Assembly (NCBI RefSeq): GCF_001465295.1
Contig: NZ_CP011034.1
Coordinates: 390,001-422,000, forward strand
DNA: 32,000 nucleotides
Direction of reading: 5' to 3'
From: Pseudoalteromonas translucida KMM 520
Lineage (GTDB): Bacteria; Pseudomonadota; Gammaproteobacteria; Enterobacterales; Alteromonadaceae
Part shown: piece by piece, positions 9,595-18,388 of the stretch
Position numbering within the stretch: position 1 is the first letter of the stretch
Layout of the letters: each line of letters opens with the position of its first letter
The notes under the pieces: model-generated
Told to the model about the DNA's origin: nothing
What the model saw: only the letters and a program-made list of their open reading frames with translations
Database searches by the model: none
Position numbers and translations under genes: made by a program

Positions 9595-10227
9595 CTATTT
9601 TAACGCCAGTTTTAAATAGCCTTTATGCAAAGCTATCAGGTCGTGCTTAACCAAAGCTAAGCTGCGATCGTTATTTAAAATATCATCTGCTTGTTGTTGT
9701 TTTTGTTCACGCGACATTTGCGCGGCAATAATACTATTTACTTGCTCTAAGCTTATGTTATCACGTTTAACCGTACGCTCTATTTGCACGTTTTTTGGCA
9801 CGTCTATAAGTAAAGTGCGGTTACAGTATTTATCTAGGCCGTTTTCAAAAAGTAGCGGGGCAACAAGTACCACATAAGGGCTGGTGGCATTATTTAAATC
9901 GGTAATAATTTGCTGGCGTATAAGTGGGTGTAATAGGGCATTTAACCAGTTTTTATGCTCATTATTGCTAAACACAAGCTCGCGCAAAGCACTGCGGTTT
10001 AAATTGCCATCGGCTAAGAGTATATCTGCACCAAAGTGTGCAATAATTGCCTTTAGCCCTTCGCTGCCTTGCTCAACCACTTGGCGAGCAATAATATCGG
10101 CATCAATAACGCAAATGTCCAGTGCTTCAAGCATGTTACTTACAGCGGTTTTACCACAGCCTATACCGCCAGTTAAACCCAGCACCCAATTATTTATGTT
10201 CGTTACTTTAACAGGATGTTCGCTCAT
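9595..10227 (-). CDS. coaE: dephospho-CoA kinase
   Basis: The P-loop is GLTGGIGCGKT, and length and family are typical. ATG 10227 lies 1 nt after the pilD stop (10229-10231). The ORF-track start at 10239 overlaps pilD. Confidence 0.9.
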   Translation of the reverse strand: MSEHPVKVTNINNWVLGLTGGIGCGKTAVSNMLEALDICVIDADIIARQVVEQGSEGLKAIIAHFGADILLADGNLNRSALRELVFSNNEHKNWLNALLHPLIRQQIITDLNNATSPYVVLVAPLLFENGLDKYCNRTLLIDVPKNVQIERTVKRDNISLEQVNSIIAAQMSREQKQQQADDILNNDRSLALVKHDLIALHKGYLKLALK

Positions 10228-10228
10228 A

Positions 10229-11125
10229 TTAGTAACCAATTACATTAAAGTAACTAGCTTGCAATTGTTCGCCCCATAACATGGTGATCCAGCCTGCAAT
10301 AGCAAGGTAGGGGCCAAACGGAATAGGCGTAGCTTTGTCTTTACCCTGAACAGTTAATAGCGCAATGCCAATAATGGCGCCCACTACGCTCGAGAGCAAA
10401 ATAATAGTTAATAATGATTGCCAGCCAAGCAAAGCACCAAACACGGCAAGTAATTTAAAATCGCCATAGCCCATGCCTTCTTTACCGGTAAGTAATTTAA
10501 ATAACCAAAATACGCTCCACAAACTTAAATAGCCGCAAGCGGCACCAATAATGGCATCAGTTGGGGTAACGGTATAGCCCAGTACTGCAGCTATAAGCGC
10601 CAGCCACACTAGCGGTAGGGTAATTTGGTCGGGCAGGAGCATATGGTCAATATCAATAAAGGTAAGTGCCACTAAAGTCCAAGTAACTGCTATATAAAGT
10701 AAAGCCTGCTCAGTAGCACCCAGCTTATACGCAACAACTAAGCTTAATAGTGCAGTTATTGCCTCTACAATAGGGTAACGAGCCGATATAGGGTTACTAC
10801 AACTGGCGCATTTACCTTTTAAAAATAACCAGCTAATAACAGGAATGTTTTGCCACGCTTTAATTGCGGTTTTACATTTAGGGCAGGTAGAGTTGGGCTT
10901 AATTAAATTAAAAGTTGAGTTTAAAGGCTCGTTTTCGCCTGTATTATTACTTTTAAGTTCGCTTTCTAAAAGCAGTCGGCATTCGCCTTGCCATTCGCGT
11001 TGCATCATTAGTGGCAAACGGTAAATAACTACGTTTAAAAAACTGCCAACACATAAACTCACTAAGCCAATAGTGGTTAAATAAAACCATAATTGGCTTT
11101 GCATTACTTCTATAATACTTTGCAT
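10229..11125 (-). CDS. pilD: prepilin peptidase / N-methyltransferase PilD
   Basis: 298 aa, polytopic. It has the cytoplasmic Cys cluster CPKCK...CASC and the catalytic GMGYGDFKLL motif. Confidence 0.92.
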   Translation of the reverse strand: MQSIIEVMQSQLWFYLTTIGLVSLCVGSFLNVVIYRLPLMMQREWQGECRLLLESELKSNNTGENEPLNSTFNLIKPNSTCPKCKTAIKAWQNIPVISWLFLKGKCASCSNPISARYPIVEAITALLSLVVAYKLGATEQALLYIAVTWTLVALTFIDIDHMLLPDQITLPLVWLALIAAVLGYTVTPTDAIIGAACGYLSLWSVFWLFKLLTGKEGMGYGDFKLLAVFGALLGWQSLLTIILLSSVVGAIIGIALLTVQGKDKATPIPFGPYLAIAGWITMLWGEQLQASYFNVIGY

Positions 11126-11160
11126 ATAACGACCAAATAATTAAATAATGAGTTTAAAAA

Positions 11161-12387
11161 CTAAATAACAGCGCCAAGTTGGAATATAGGCAAGTACATG
11201 GCAACAATTAAACCACCAACCAATACGCCAAGTACTGCCATAATCATCGGTTCTAGCAAGCTTGAGAGCCCATCTACCGCATCATCAACTTCTTGCTCAT
11301 AAATAGTCGCTACTTTGGCTAACATGCTATCAAGTGATCCCGACTCTTCACCAATAGCCACCATTTGTATTACCATATCAGGGAATATTTTAGAGTTACG
11401 CATTGCCCAGTTCATTTGGTTACCCGAGCTTACTTCGGCTTTTATTTCTAAAATAGCATAACGATAAACCGCATTACCCGAGGCTCCTGCGGCAGAATCC
11501 AGCGCATCTACTAGCGGTACACCAGCCGCAAAAGTAGTCGAAAGCGTACGCGCGTAACGGGCAACAGCAGCTTTGTTTAAAATCATACCAATAACAGGGA
11601 GCTTTAATATAGCTCTGTCTGTTGCATCACGGAGCTTTAAGCTTTTAAGGTGTGCCTCTTTAAACGCCCAACCAAAGGCAAATATTATTATAAGTATTAT
11701 CCACCAGTACTCTTGCATAAATTCCGATATAGCAATTACAAATAAGGTAAAAGCAGGGAGTTCAGCGCCAAATCCGGCAAAAATATCCTGAAATTGCGGT
11801 ACTACAAATATTAGTAATATAGAGGTAACAATAAGTGCGATAACTAATACCGCAATAGGGTAAAACATCGCTTTTTTAATTTTTGATTTAAGCGCTTCAG
11901 ACTTTTCTTTATAAATTGCAACGCGGTCGAATATTTTATCTAAAGCCCCAGACTGCTCACCCGATGCCACTAAATCACAATATAAATCATCAAAATAACG
12001 GGGGTGGCGCCTTAGTGCTTGCGATAGCGGTTGGCCAGTCTTTACTTCATCTGCAATGGTTTCCATGAGTTTACCAAGGCTTTTATTGGTTGCTCCAGTA
12101 CCAATCATTTCAATTGACTGAATTAACGGTACACCCGCCATAAGCATGGTAGCAATTTGCCGAGTGACTATGGCAATATCTTTAGGGGTGATTTTTTGTA
12201 AGCGTGCACCAAATAACGGTTTGGCTTTACGCTTTACTTTTGAGGGGGTAATACCCTGTTTACGCAGTTGGGCTTTTACTAACGCAACACTAGAACCTGT
12301 AAGCTCACCTTCTAAACGTTTCCCGCGAGTGCTAACGCCTACCCACTCAAAGGTATCTTGCCCTTTTTTTTCTTGTTGTTTAGCCAT
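11161..12387 (-). CDS. pilC: type IV pilus inner-membrane platform protein PilC
   Basis: 408 aa with duplicated T2SSF domains and three TM segments. It sits immediately upstream of pilD. Confidence 0.92.
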   Translation of the reverse strand: MAKQQEKKGQDTFEWVGVSTRGKRLEGELTGSSVALVKAQLRKQGITPSKVKRKAKPLFGARLQKITPKDIAIVTRQIATMLMAGVPLIQSIEMIGTGATNKSLGKLMETIADEVKTGQPLSQALRRHPRYFDDLYCDLVASGEQSGALDKIFDRVAIYKEKSEALKSKIKKAMFYPIAVLVIALIVTSILLIFVVPQFQDIFAGFGAELPAFTLFVIAISEFMQEYWWIILIIIFAFGWAFKEAHLKSLKLRDATDRAILKLPVIGMILNKAAVARYARTLSTTFAAGVPLVDALDSAAGASGNAVYRYAILEIKAEVSSGNQMNWAMRNSKIFPDMVIQMVAIGEESGSLDSMLAKVATIYEQEVDDAVDGLSSLLEPMIMAVLGVLVGGLIVAMYLPIFQLGAVI

Positions 12388-12466
12388 ATTGATTCCATAT
12401 CACCATGAAGGTATAACATTTAGCTTAGTGCTATATAATAGCTGCAAAATTGCACATAAACAATTG

Positions 12467-13123
12467 ATGCAAAAGCTTTTACCAACTTATAACAAAATGA
12501 TGGAATCATGTATGTTAAAACAAAAATTTAAACAGAAACTCCAGTGGTCAATTATACATTTACTTACAGGGGCTTTGGTTTTAACTATTGCTGCAATGCT
12601 TATTTATTTAAATTGGTTTTATGATGGTCGTTATTTGCTAACAGATTTAGTTGGCTTAGCGATAATTATATTTACCTTAGACCTTATTTTAGGCCCAGTA
12701 CTGAGTTTTTGGCTACTCTCACCAGATAAAGCAAAGAAAGAAAATATCATCAATATTTTATTAATCGTATTACTGCAAGCTGTATCCTTTGGTTATGGTG
12801 TTGTTCAAATAGACAGCCAAAGGCTTGCTTATATTATAAAATGGCAAGGTTCTTATTTTGCTATATCAAAAAGTGAGTCTAGGCGAAGTGAAATCTCGGA
12901 AAGTTTTTACAAATTTAACGAGCCTAAAATTGGTACTGCTAATAGAAGTAAGTACGATAAGCTAATTAAAGAGTCAGTTTCGCCAGTGGAAATGTACGAG
13001 TTTTTTGAAGTATCAAATTTCGCAACAGAGTGCGGGATACAGTGCGCAGTAATAACAAAAAAAGGTATAGTAAATGTTACAATGGATGGTAATAATCTTG
13101 TTTTTAGCAAGTCCCTTCACTAA
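12467..13123 (+). CDS. putative type IV pilin accessory membrane protein (TfpX/TfpZ/FimB-like)
   Basis: There are three N-terminal TM helices (WSIIHLLTGALVLTIAAMLIYLNWF, LVGLAIIIFTLDLILGPVLSFWLL, IINILLIVLLQAVSFGYGVV) and then a soluble domain. The pattern HLL..W(F/Y)..D..LGP.L..W......Q...FGYG resembles pilin accessory proteins as I recall them. Start candidates are 12467, 12497 and 12512. The ORF-track start at 12146 is antisense to pilC. The gene is AT-rich. Confidence 0.5.
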   Translation: MQKLLPTYNKMMESCMLKQKFKQKLQWSIIHLLTGALVLTIAAMLIYLNWFYDGRYLLTDLVGLAIIIFTLDLILGPVLSFWLLSPDKAKKENIINILLIVLLQAVSFGYGVVQIDSQRLAYIIKWQGSYFAISKSESRRSEISESFYKFNEPKIGTANRSKYDKLIKESVSPVEMYEFFEVSNFATECGIQCAVITKKGIVNVTMDGNNLVFSKSLH

Positions 13124-13535
13124 TGCAGGTGCTAGTTGCCAATAATTCCCATTGCAGTTGGTTCGCATTTATTGTTGCAAGCATAATATAAGTATCTCCT
13201 GCGCTAGAAATAGATGCTTCGTTACTTGCTGTTGATTTTATTTGAATGCTTTGGGCGGTGTTGGTAATTTCAATGTCGGAGATAAACTCAGGGGCTAAAA
13301 AGTCTGATTTATTACTGCCTAGTTTACTAAAGGTATTGCAATTGTTTAGAGATTCTTTTGTATAAAAGCAAATTTCAATATTGCGCTGTAATGCGTTGCT
13401 CGCTAAAACAACTTCAGTAAATTTAGCGCGTTTATAATGGTTGTTATAAGCAGGAAGAGCTAATGATATTAATATCCCCATAATGGAGATAGTTATCATT
13501 AGCTCTATTAATGAAAAGCCTAAGGCTTTAATCAT
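13104..13535 (-). CDS. type IVa pilin paralogue (second pilin)
   Basis: It has the class III signal MIKALG|FSLIELM with Glu+5, a hydrophobic alpha1-N, and two Cys pairs (C..12..C and terminal C-x5-C), like the upstream pilA. It shares KRAKFTEVVLAS with pil[16 protein letters not shown] content is much lower than in pilA. Confidence 0.8.
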   Translation of the reverse strand: MIKALGFSLIELMITISIMGILISLALPAYNNHYKRAKFTEVVLASNALQRNIEICFYTKESLNNCNTFSKLGSNKSDFLAPEFISDIEITNTAQSIQIKSTASNEASISSAGDTYIMLATINANQLQWELLATSTCISEGTC

Positions 13536-13546
13536 TAGTTATTCTA

Positions 13547-13990
13547 TTAACAAAGACCTTTGGCAATACATGTACCATCTTGGGCCCAGGTAAGAGTTCC
13601 CAATGGCACATCAGCAGTTCCTGCAACTGAAGGGGTAAGTGTATATGTAGCATCATCAACAGTATCTTCACCAATAGCAGTGACTACTCCATCATCTCCA
13701 ACTGTCACACTTAAAACATGAACTCCAGCTGCAGCTCCCGCTGTATCGAGACCAACAAGAGCAGGGGTCTTGCAGTTATCTAAATCTCCAGCTCCACGAG
13801 TTTGAAAACATACATCTACTAAGCCTTTCGCTGACGATGCTGCAAGTACAACCTCAGAAAAACGTGCTTTTTTAGTATATGTTTGGTACTGCGGTAATGC
13901 GATAGCAGCCAAAATACCGATAATTGCGATAACGATCATTAATTCAATTAGGGTGAAACCCTTTTGGTTCTGTTGTGTCATTGTTTTCAT
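13547..13990 (-). CDS. pilA: major type IVa pilin PilA
   Basis: The leader is [11 protein letters not shown]|[25 protein letters not shown], the C-terminal disulfide loop is C-IAKGL-C, and AGGAGAGG RBS lies upstream. Confidence 0.9.
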   Translation of the reverse strand: MKTMTQQNQKGFTLIELMIVIAIIGILAAIALPQYQTYTKKARFSEVVLAASSAKGLVDVCFQTRGAGDLDNCKTPALVGLDTAGAAAGVHVLSVTVGDDGVVTAIGEDTVDDATYTLTPSVAGTADVPLGTLTWAQDGTCIAKGLC

Positions 13991-14054
13991 GTTTCCTCTC
14001 CTAAAGGATAATGTTGTGGTAAATAAACACTATTTAAGTAGCATTAGTGCTTAG

Positions 14055-14132
14055 CTTAATTTGTTTATTTAACCTGTTTACTTAATTTGTTTATTTAAAC
14101 AGTTTACTTAAACTATTTATTTAAAAAATAAA
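14055..14132. repeat. 26-bp AT-rich tandem repeat upstream of pilA (2 good copies and 1 degenerate)
   Basis: CTTAATTTGTTTATTTAACCTGTTTA (14055-14080) and CTTAATTTGTTTATTTAAACAGTTTA (14081-14106) are 23/26 identical. A degenerate third unit lies at 14107-14132. Confidence 0.8.
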
Positions 14133-14552
14133 CTTTACTGTACAGCGTGTTTTGGTTTGTATAAAAAAAAGTACGCTGTGAATTTAGTTATTAAAGTTAC
14201 AAACGTTTAGCACTTTAATGCGTTATTTAATTACTTTTATATTTAGGTATAGCCGCAATCAATTTTTAATTACTTATATTGTTAGCTAATACGCGCTTAG
14301 CTTTTTATGCCTGTTCACTGAACGCATTAGTATTAAAGCAGCTAATTAGTGCTTTTATATTAATGTTACATTCATTTATAGTACAACAGCGTGAGTTTAC
14401 CACTGTTTTTTACTTTTTAGTACACGGCTTATATTTAAAAAAGTATTTTATTTAACAAAATGTTAAAAAGCAGTCCTTTCGGATTATTAAATGCTTTATA
14501 GCAGCTATTGTCAATGAATTAGCACGATTTTAATTTAGGCTTAGCACATATA

Positions 14553-15434
<882 letters not shown>

Positions 15435-15470
15435 TTACTATGTTTGAAATGTAATAACCAGCTTTGTGGT

Positions 15471-15610
15471 AAAGGCAGGTTTTAGGGAAAGAGCAGGTTT
15501 TAGGTAGAAATCAGCCAAGCTCGGTGCTTAGGTTATGTATAGGCGGGGCTTTATGCCGCGCAGGTTAAAATTAAAAAGCTGCGCGAGGTAAACTCCCGGC
15601 TACAAACTCG
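15471..15610 (+). repeat. structured intergenic repeat, copy 4
   Basis: AAAGGCAGGTTTTAGGGAAAGAGCAGGTTTTAGGTAGAAATCAGCCAAGCTCGGTGCTT...TAGGCGGGGCTTTATGCCGCGCAGG-N-CTGCGCGAGGTAAACTCCCGGCTACAAA. It has two 5' modules and lies in the divergent nadC/ampD region. Confidence 0.85.
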
Positions 15611-15697
15611 GTGGTTGGTAAGCTTTTATTGCTTCGTCTATCATTTTTAAATTAAATCCTTTAGCATCGATGTTATGTCGATCTTTTGATTTAAATT

Positions 15698-16252
15698 ATG
15701 AACATAGATTTAAATGGGGTGGTAAATAGTGCTGTGCAGCGTGGTTGTGCGCATTTTGATGAGCGCCCGAGTGATACTGATGTTTCTTTATTGGTGATTC
15801 ATAATATATCGTTGCCGGCGGGGCAGTTTGGTACGCCCTATGTTGATGATTTATTTATGGGTACGCTTAATTGTGAAGCGCATAGTAGCTTTAGCGATTT
15901 ACAGGGTGTGCGGGTGTCGGCGCATTGCTTTATTAAACGCAGCGGAGAGCTAGTGCAGTACGTGCCATTTAATAAACGAGCATGGCATGCTGGGGCGTCT
16001 GAGTTTAAAGGGCAAACTAACTGCAATAACTTTAGCATTGGCATTGAGCTTGAGGGAACCGACACCACAGCTTATACTTTAGCGCAATACACTAGTTTAA
16101 AAACACTAAGTAAAGCCATAATGCAACGCTACCCAAATATAACAATAGAGCGAATTGTAGGGCATTGCGATATAGCACCAGGGCGAAAAACGGACCCCGG
16201 TAGTAGCTTTAACTGGCATTTATTTTTAACTATGCTTAAACAATCAGGCTAA
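15698..16252 (+). CDS. ampD: 1,6-anhydro-N-acetylmuramyl-L-alanine amidase AmpD
   Basis: 184 aa, Amidase_2 family (LLVIHNISLP..., HCFIKR.G...QYV....RAWHAG.S, GHCDIAPGRKTDPG). nadC-ampD-ampE synteny supports the call. Confidence 0.9.
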   Translation: MNIDLNGVVNSAVQRGCAHFDERPSDTDVSLLVIHNISLPAGQFGTPYVDDLFMGTLNCEAHSSFSDLQGVRVSAHCFIKRSGELVQYVPFNKRAWHAGASEFKGQTNCNNFSIGIELEGTDTTAYTLAQYTSLKTLSKAIMQRYPNITIERIVGHCDIAPGRKTDPGSSFNWHLFLTMLKQSG

Positions 16253-16265
16253 GTGAGTAACAACA

Positions 16266-17117
16266 ATGATTTTGGTTTCGATAATAATTGCATTAATACT
16301 TGAGCGCTTAGGTGCTCGTTCAGCCCATTGGCAAATTAGCTACTACGCAGATGGTTATGTAAATCGCTCGGCAAACCTACTTACTAATAAAGGCGTATTT
16401 GGCTCGGGTGTTGGTTTTTTAGTGTGGTTACTTTTACCTGTACTGGCTATTGGTTGTTTATATTTGCTATCTGACTTTGTGCTGTGGCAACTTATTTTTA
16501 ATGTAACAATATTACTCGTGTGTTTTGGTTGTGCTAAACAGCGTGCTTTATATAAGTCGTACTTAAATGCTTTAACCCGAGATGATAAAACCGCAGCCAC
16601 TTTATATGCACTGCAAATAGGCCAAAATCGCACAGAAGAAGAACAAGACGGCGAAACAGTGGGGCAAACCCTGGCGTGGGTTAACTTTAGGTTTTACTGC
16701 GCGGTGATTTTTTGGTTTGTAATATTAGGCGCAGCCGGTGCGGTTTTATATGCACTCGTACGCACATTCGCCGACTTGGTAACGCAAGATGACGATGAAA
16801 TAATAGCAAAGCACACTAAAATGCTACACAGGTTATTATTTTGGCTTGATTGGTTACCTGCACGTATTACCAGTTTTGGTTATTTAGTAATAGGTAACTT
16901 TAATAAAGGCACTAGTTGCTGGTTACGCTACGCGCTTGATTTTACAAGCCCTAACCGCAAAGTAGTTACTTACACCGCATTAGCCGCAGAGCAGGTAGAA
17001 AAACGTTACTACGACTGCGCGTACGAAGCTACCTGTATGATTAAACTGGTAAAACGTAATGTATTGTTTTATTTAGTACTGATTGCGTTATTAACCCTGT
17101 TTGGTGGGTTGGATTAA
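16266..17117 (+). CDS. ampE: beta-lactamase induction signal transducer AmpE
   Basis: 283-aa membrane protein. ERLGARSAHWQ, WVNFRFY and LDWLPARIT parallel E. coli AmpE as I recall it. It follows ampD. Confidence 0.8.
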   Translation: MILVSIIIALILERLGARSAHWQISYYADGYVNRSANLLTNKGVFGSGVGFLVWLLLPVLAIGCLYLLSDFVLWQLIFNVTILLVCFGCAKQRALYKSYLNALTRDDKTAATLYALQIGQNRTEEEQDGETVGQTLAWVNFRFYCAVIFWFVILGAAGAVLYALVRTFADLVTQDDDEIIAKHTKMLHRLLFWLDWLPARITSFGYLVIGNFNKGTSCWLRYALDFTSPNRKVVTYTALAAEQVEKRYYDCAYEATCMIKLVKRNVLFYLVLIALLTLFGGLD

Positions 17118-17290
17118 AAAGCAGGCTTTAGATATCAGGCTTAAGGTAGAGATAAAACTAAGCTTGGTATCTAGGCTAATCGTAGACGGAGCTTTATGCC
17201 GCGCTGTTAATTAAAAAACATTGCGCAAGGTAAACCTTACGCAGCGTGTATTTGTTTTACTTATTTTTTAACTCCTAATACCTAAATCCC
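17118..17290 (+). repeat. structured intergenic repeat, copy 5 (most diverged)
   Basis: It starts right after the ampE TAA (17115-17117): AAAGCAGGCTTTAGATATCAGGCTTAAGGTAGAGATAAAACTAAGCTTGGTAT...TAGACGGAGCTTTATGCCGCGCTG...TTGCGCAAGGTAAACC. The tail is ...AATACCTAAATCCC. Confidence 0.75.
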
Positions 17291-17305
17291 CCATTTCTTA
17301 CCTCC

Positions 17306-17319
17306 TGGTCTGACCAATT
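17306..17319. promoter_or_regulatory. candidate PdhR operator (distal, half-degenerate)
   Basis: TGGTCTGACCAATT compared with the published PdhR palindrome ATTGGT-N3-ACCAAT. Confidence 0.4.
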
Positions 17320-17460
17320 TATTTTCGTCTCATTTACCTTTCTTTATTTATACTATTTTGTGTATTCTTTAAACTTTGTGCTGAATGCGTTACGCTGGCT
17401 AAGTGACCTTAAAGCCACTGTAAATTGACAGCAATTAGGCTTTTTGTTACCGTATGTCAA

Positions 17461-17479
17461 AATTTGGTATGACCAATTT
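17461..17479. promoter_or_regulatory. candidate PdhR operator (proximal)
   Basis: AATTTGGTATGACCAATTT has a perfect TTGGT-N3-ACCAA palindrome about 80 bp upstream of the pdhR start. This matches the autoregulated pdhR-aceEF-lpd promoter architecture of E. coli. Confidence 0.6.
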
Positions 17480-17555
17480 ACCTTTTGGCTAAATTGTTCA
17501 GTTCAAAGCCTGGTTTTAAGGGCTTTTGGTATTTATACAACGCGGACGTTGACTG

Positions 17556-18305
17556 ATGTCTTTAAAGATTAAAGCTGCAAAATTATCGGATGTGATTTTA
17601 CAACAACTTGAGAACATGATTCTTGAGGGATCGTTGGCACCAGGCGAAAAACTGCCACCGGAGCGTGAGTTAGCTAAGCAATTTGAAGTGTCGCGGCCAT
17701 CACTGCGCGAAGCGATTCAAAAGCTTGAAGCTAAAGGTTTAGTAACTAGGCGCCAAGGCGGCGGTACGTATGTAAAAAATCAGCTCGAAGAAGGGCTTAC
17801 TGATCCGCTGTTTGATTTGATCAGTAAACATCCTGAATCGCAGTTTGATTTACTTGAATTTCGTCATGCATTAGAAGGGATTGCCGCGTATTACGCTGCA
17901 CTGCGTGGCACCAATAACGATTTTATTAAAGTAAAACAAAGCTTTGATCAAATTGCTTTGGTACAAGACGACTTACAACAAAAAGCGAAAGCAATAAATG
18001 CTTTTCATTTTTGTATTGCAGAGGCGTCACATAACATTGTTTTACTACATTTAGTGAGAGGCATGCAGGCATTGCTTGAGCAAAATGTATTACAAAATTT
18101 AACCGTGTTATTAACAAAATCAGATATCAGTAACCAATTAGGCCACCACCGTGGTTTGCTAATGGATGCTGTTATTGAAGGTAAGCCCGAAGAAGCACGC
18201 TTAGCTAGTAATGCGCATTTAGCCTATATAGAAGAAGCATTACTTGAAGCGGGTAAAGAACATTCGCGAATTGAACGCAGTTTAAGACGCACCAAACAAA
18301 ATTAA
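17556..18305 (+). CDS. pdhR: GntR/FadR-family pyruvate dehydrogenase complex repressor PdhR
   Basis: It has an N-terminal wHTH (LPPERELAKQFEVSRPSLREAIQKLEAKGLV.RRQGGGT.V) and an FCD domain. It is directly upstream of aceE. Confidence 0.9.
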   Translation: MSLKIKAAKLSDVILQQLENMILEGSLAPGEKLPPERELAKQFEVSRPSLREAIQKLEAKGLVTRRQGGGTYVKNQLEEGLTDPLFDLISKHPESQFDLLEFRHALEGIAAYYAALRGTNNDFIKVKQSFDQIALVQDDLQQKAKAINAFHFCIAEASHNIVLLHLVRGMQALLEQNVLQNLTVLLTKSDISNQLGHHRGLLMDAVIEGKPEEARLASNAHLAYIEEALLEAGKEHSRIERSLRRTKQN

Positions 18306-18388
18306 GCAAATACATCCTTACTCAAAATTAGTAAGTGGGATGTGTTAAATACACAACATTCGTATTTTAAACATAAGGAAACCTCCAT

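Noticed and set aside
12146-12466. N-terminal 107-codon extension of the pilin accessory ORF
   Set aside because: This part is antisense to the 5' end of pilC and has non-protein-like composition. Credible ATG starts with the first TM helix begin at 12467-12512.
13991-14110. Sigma54 (GG-N10-GC) promoter for pilA
   Set aside because: The best candidate (reverse complement of about 14040-14055, AAGCACTAATGC) lacks the GG dinucleotide and has the wrong spacing. I could not support a call.
18306-18388. Imperfect hairpin between pdhR and aceE as a terminator
   Set aside because: The stem (ACATCCTTACT / AGTAAGTGGGATGT) is interrupted and lacks a T-run. pdhR-aceEF co-transcription is the established arrangement.
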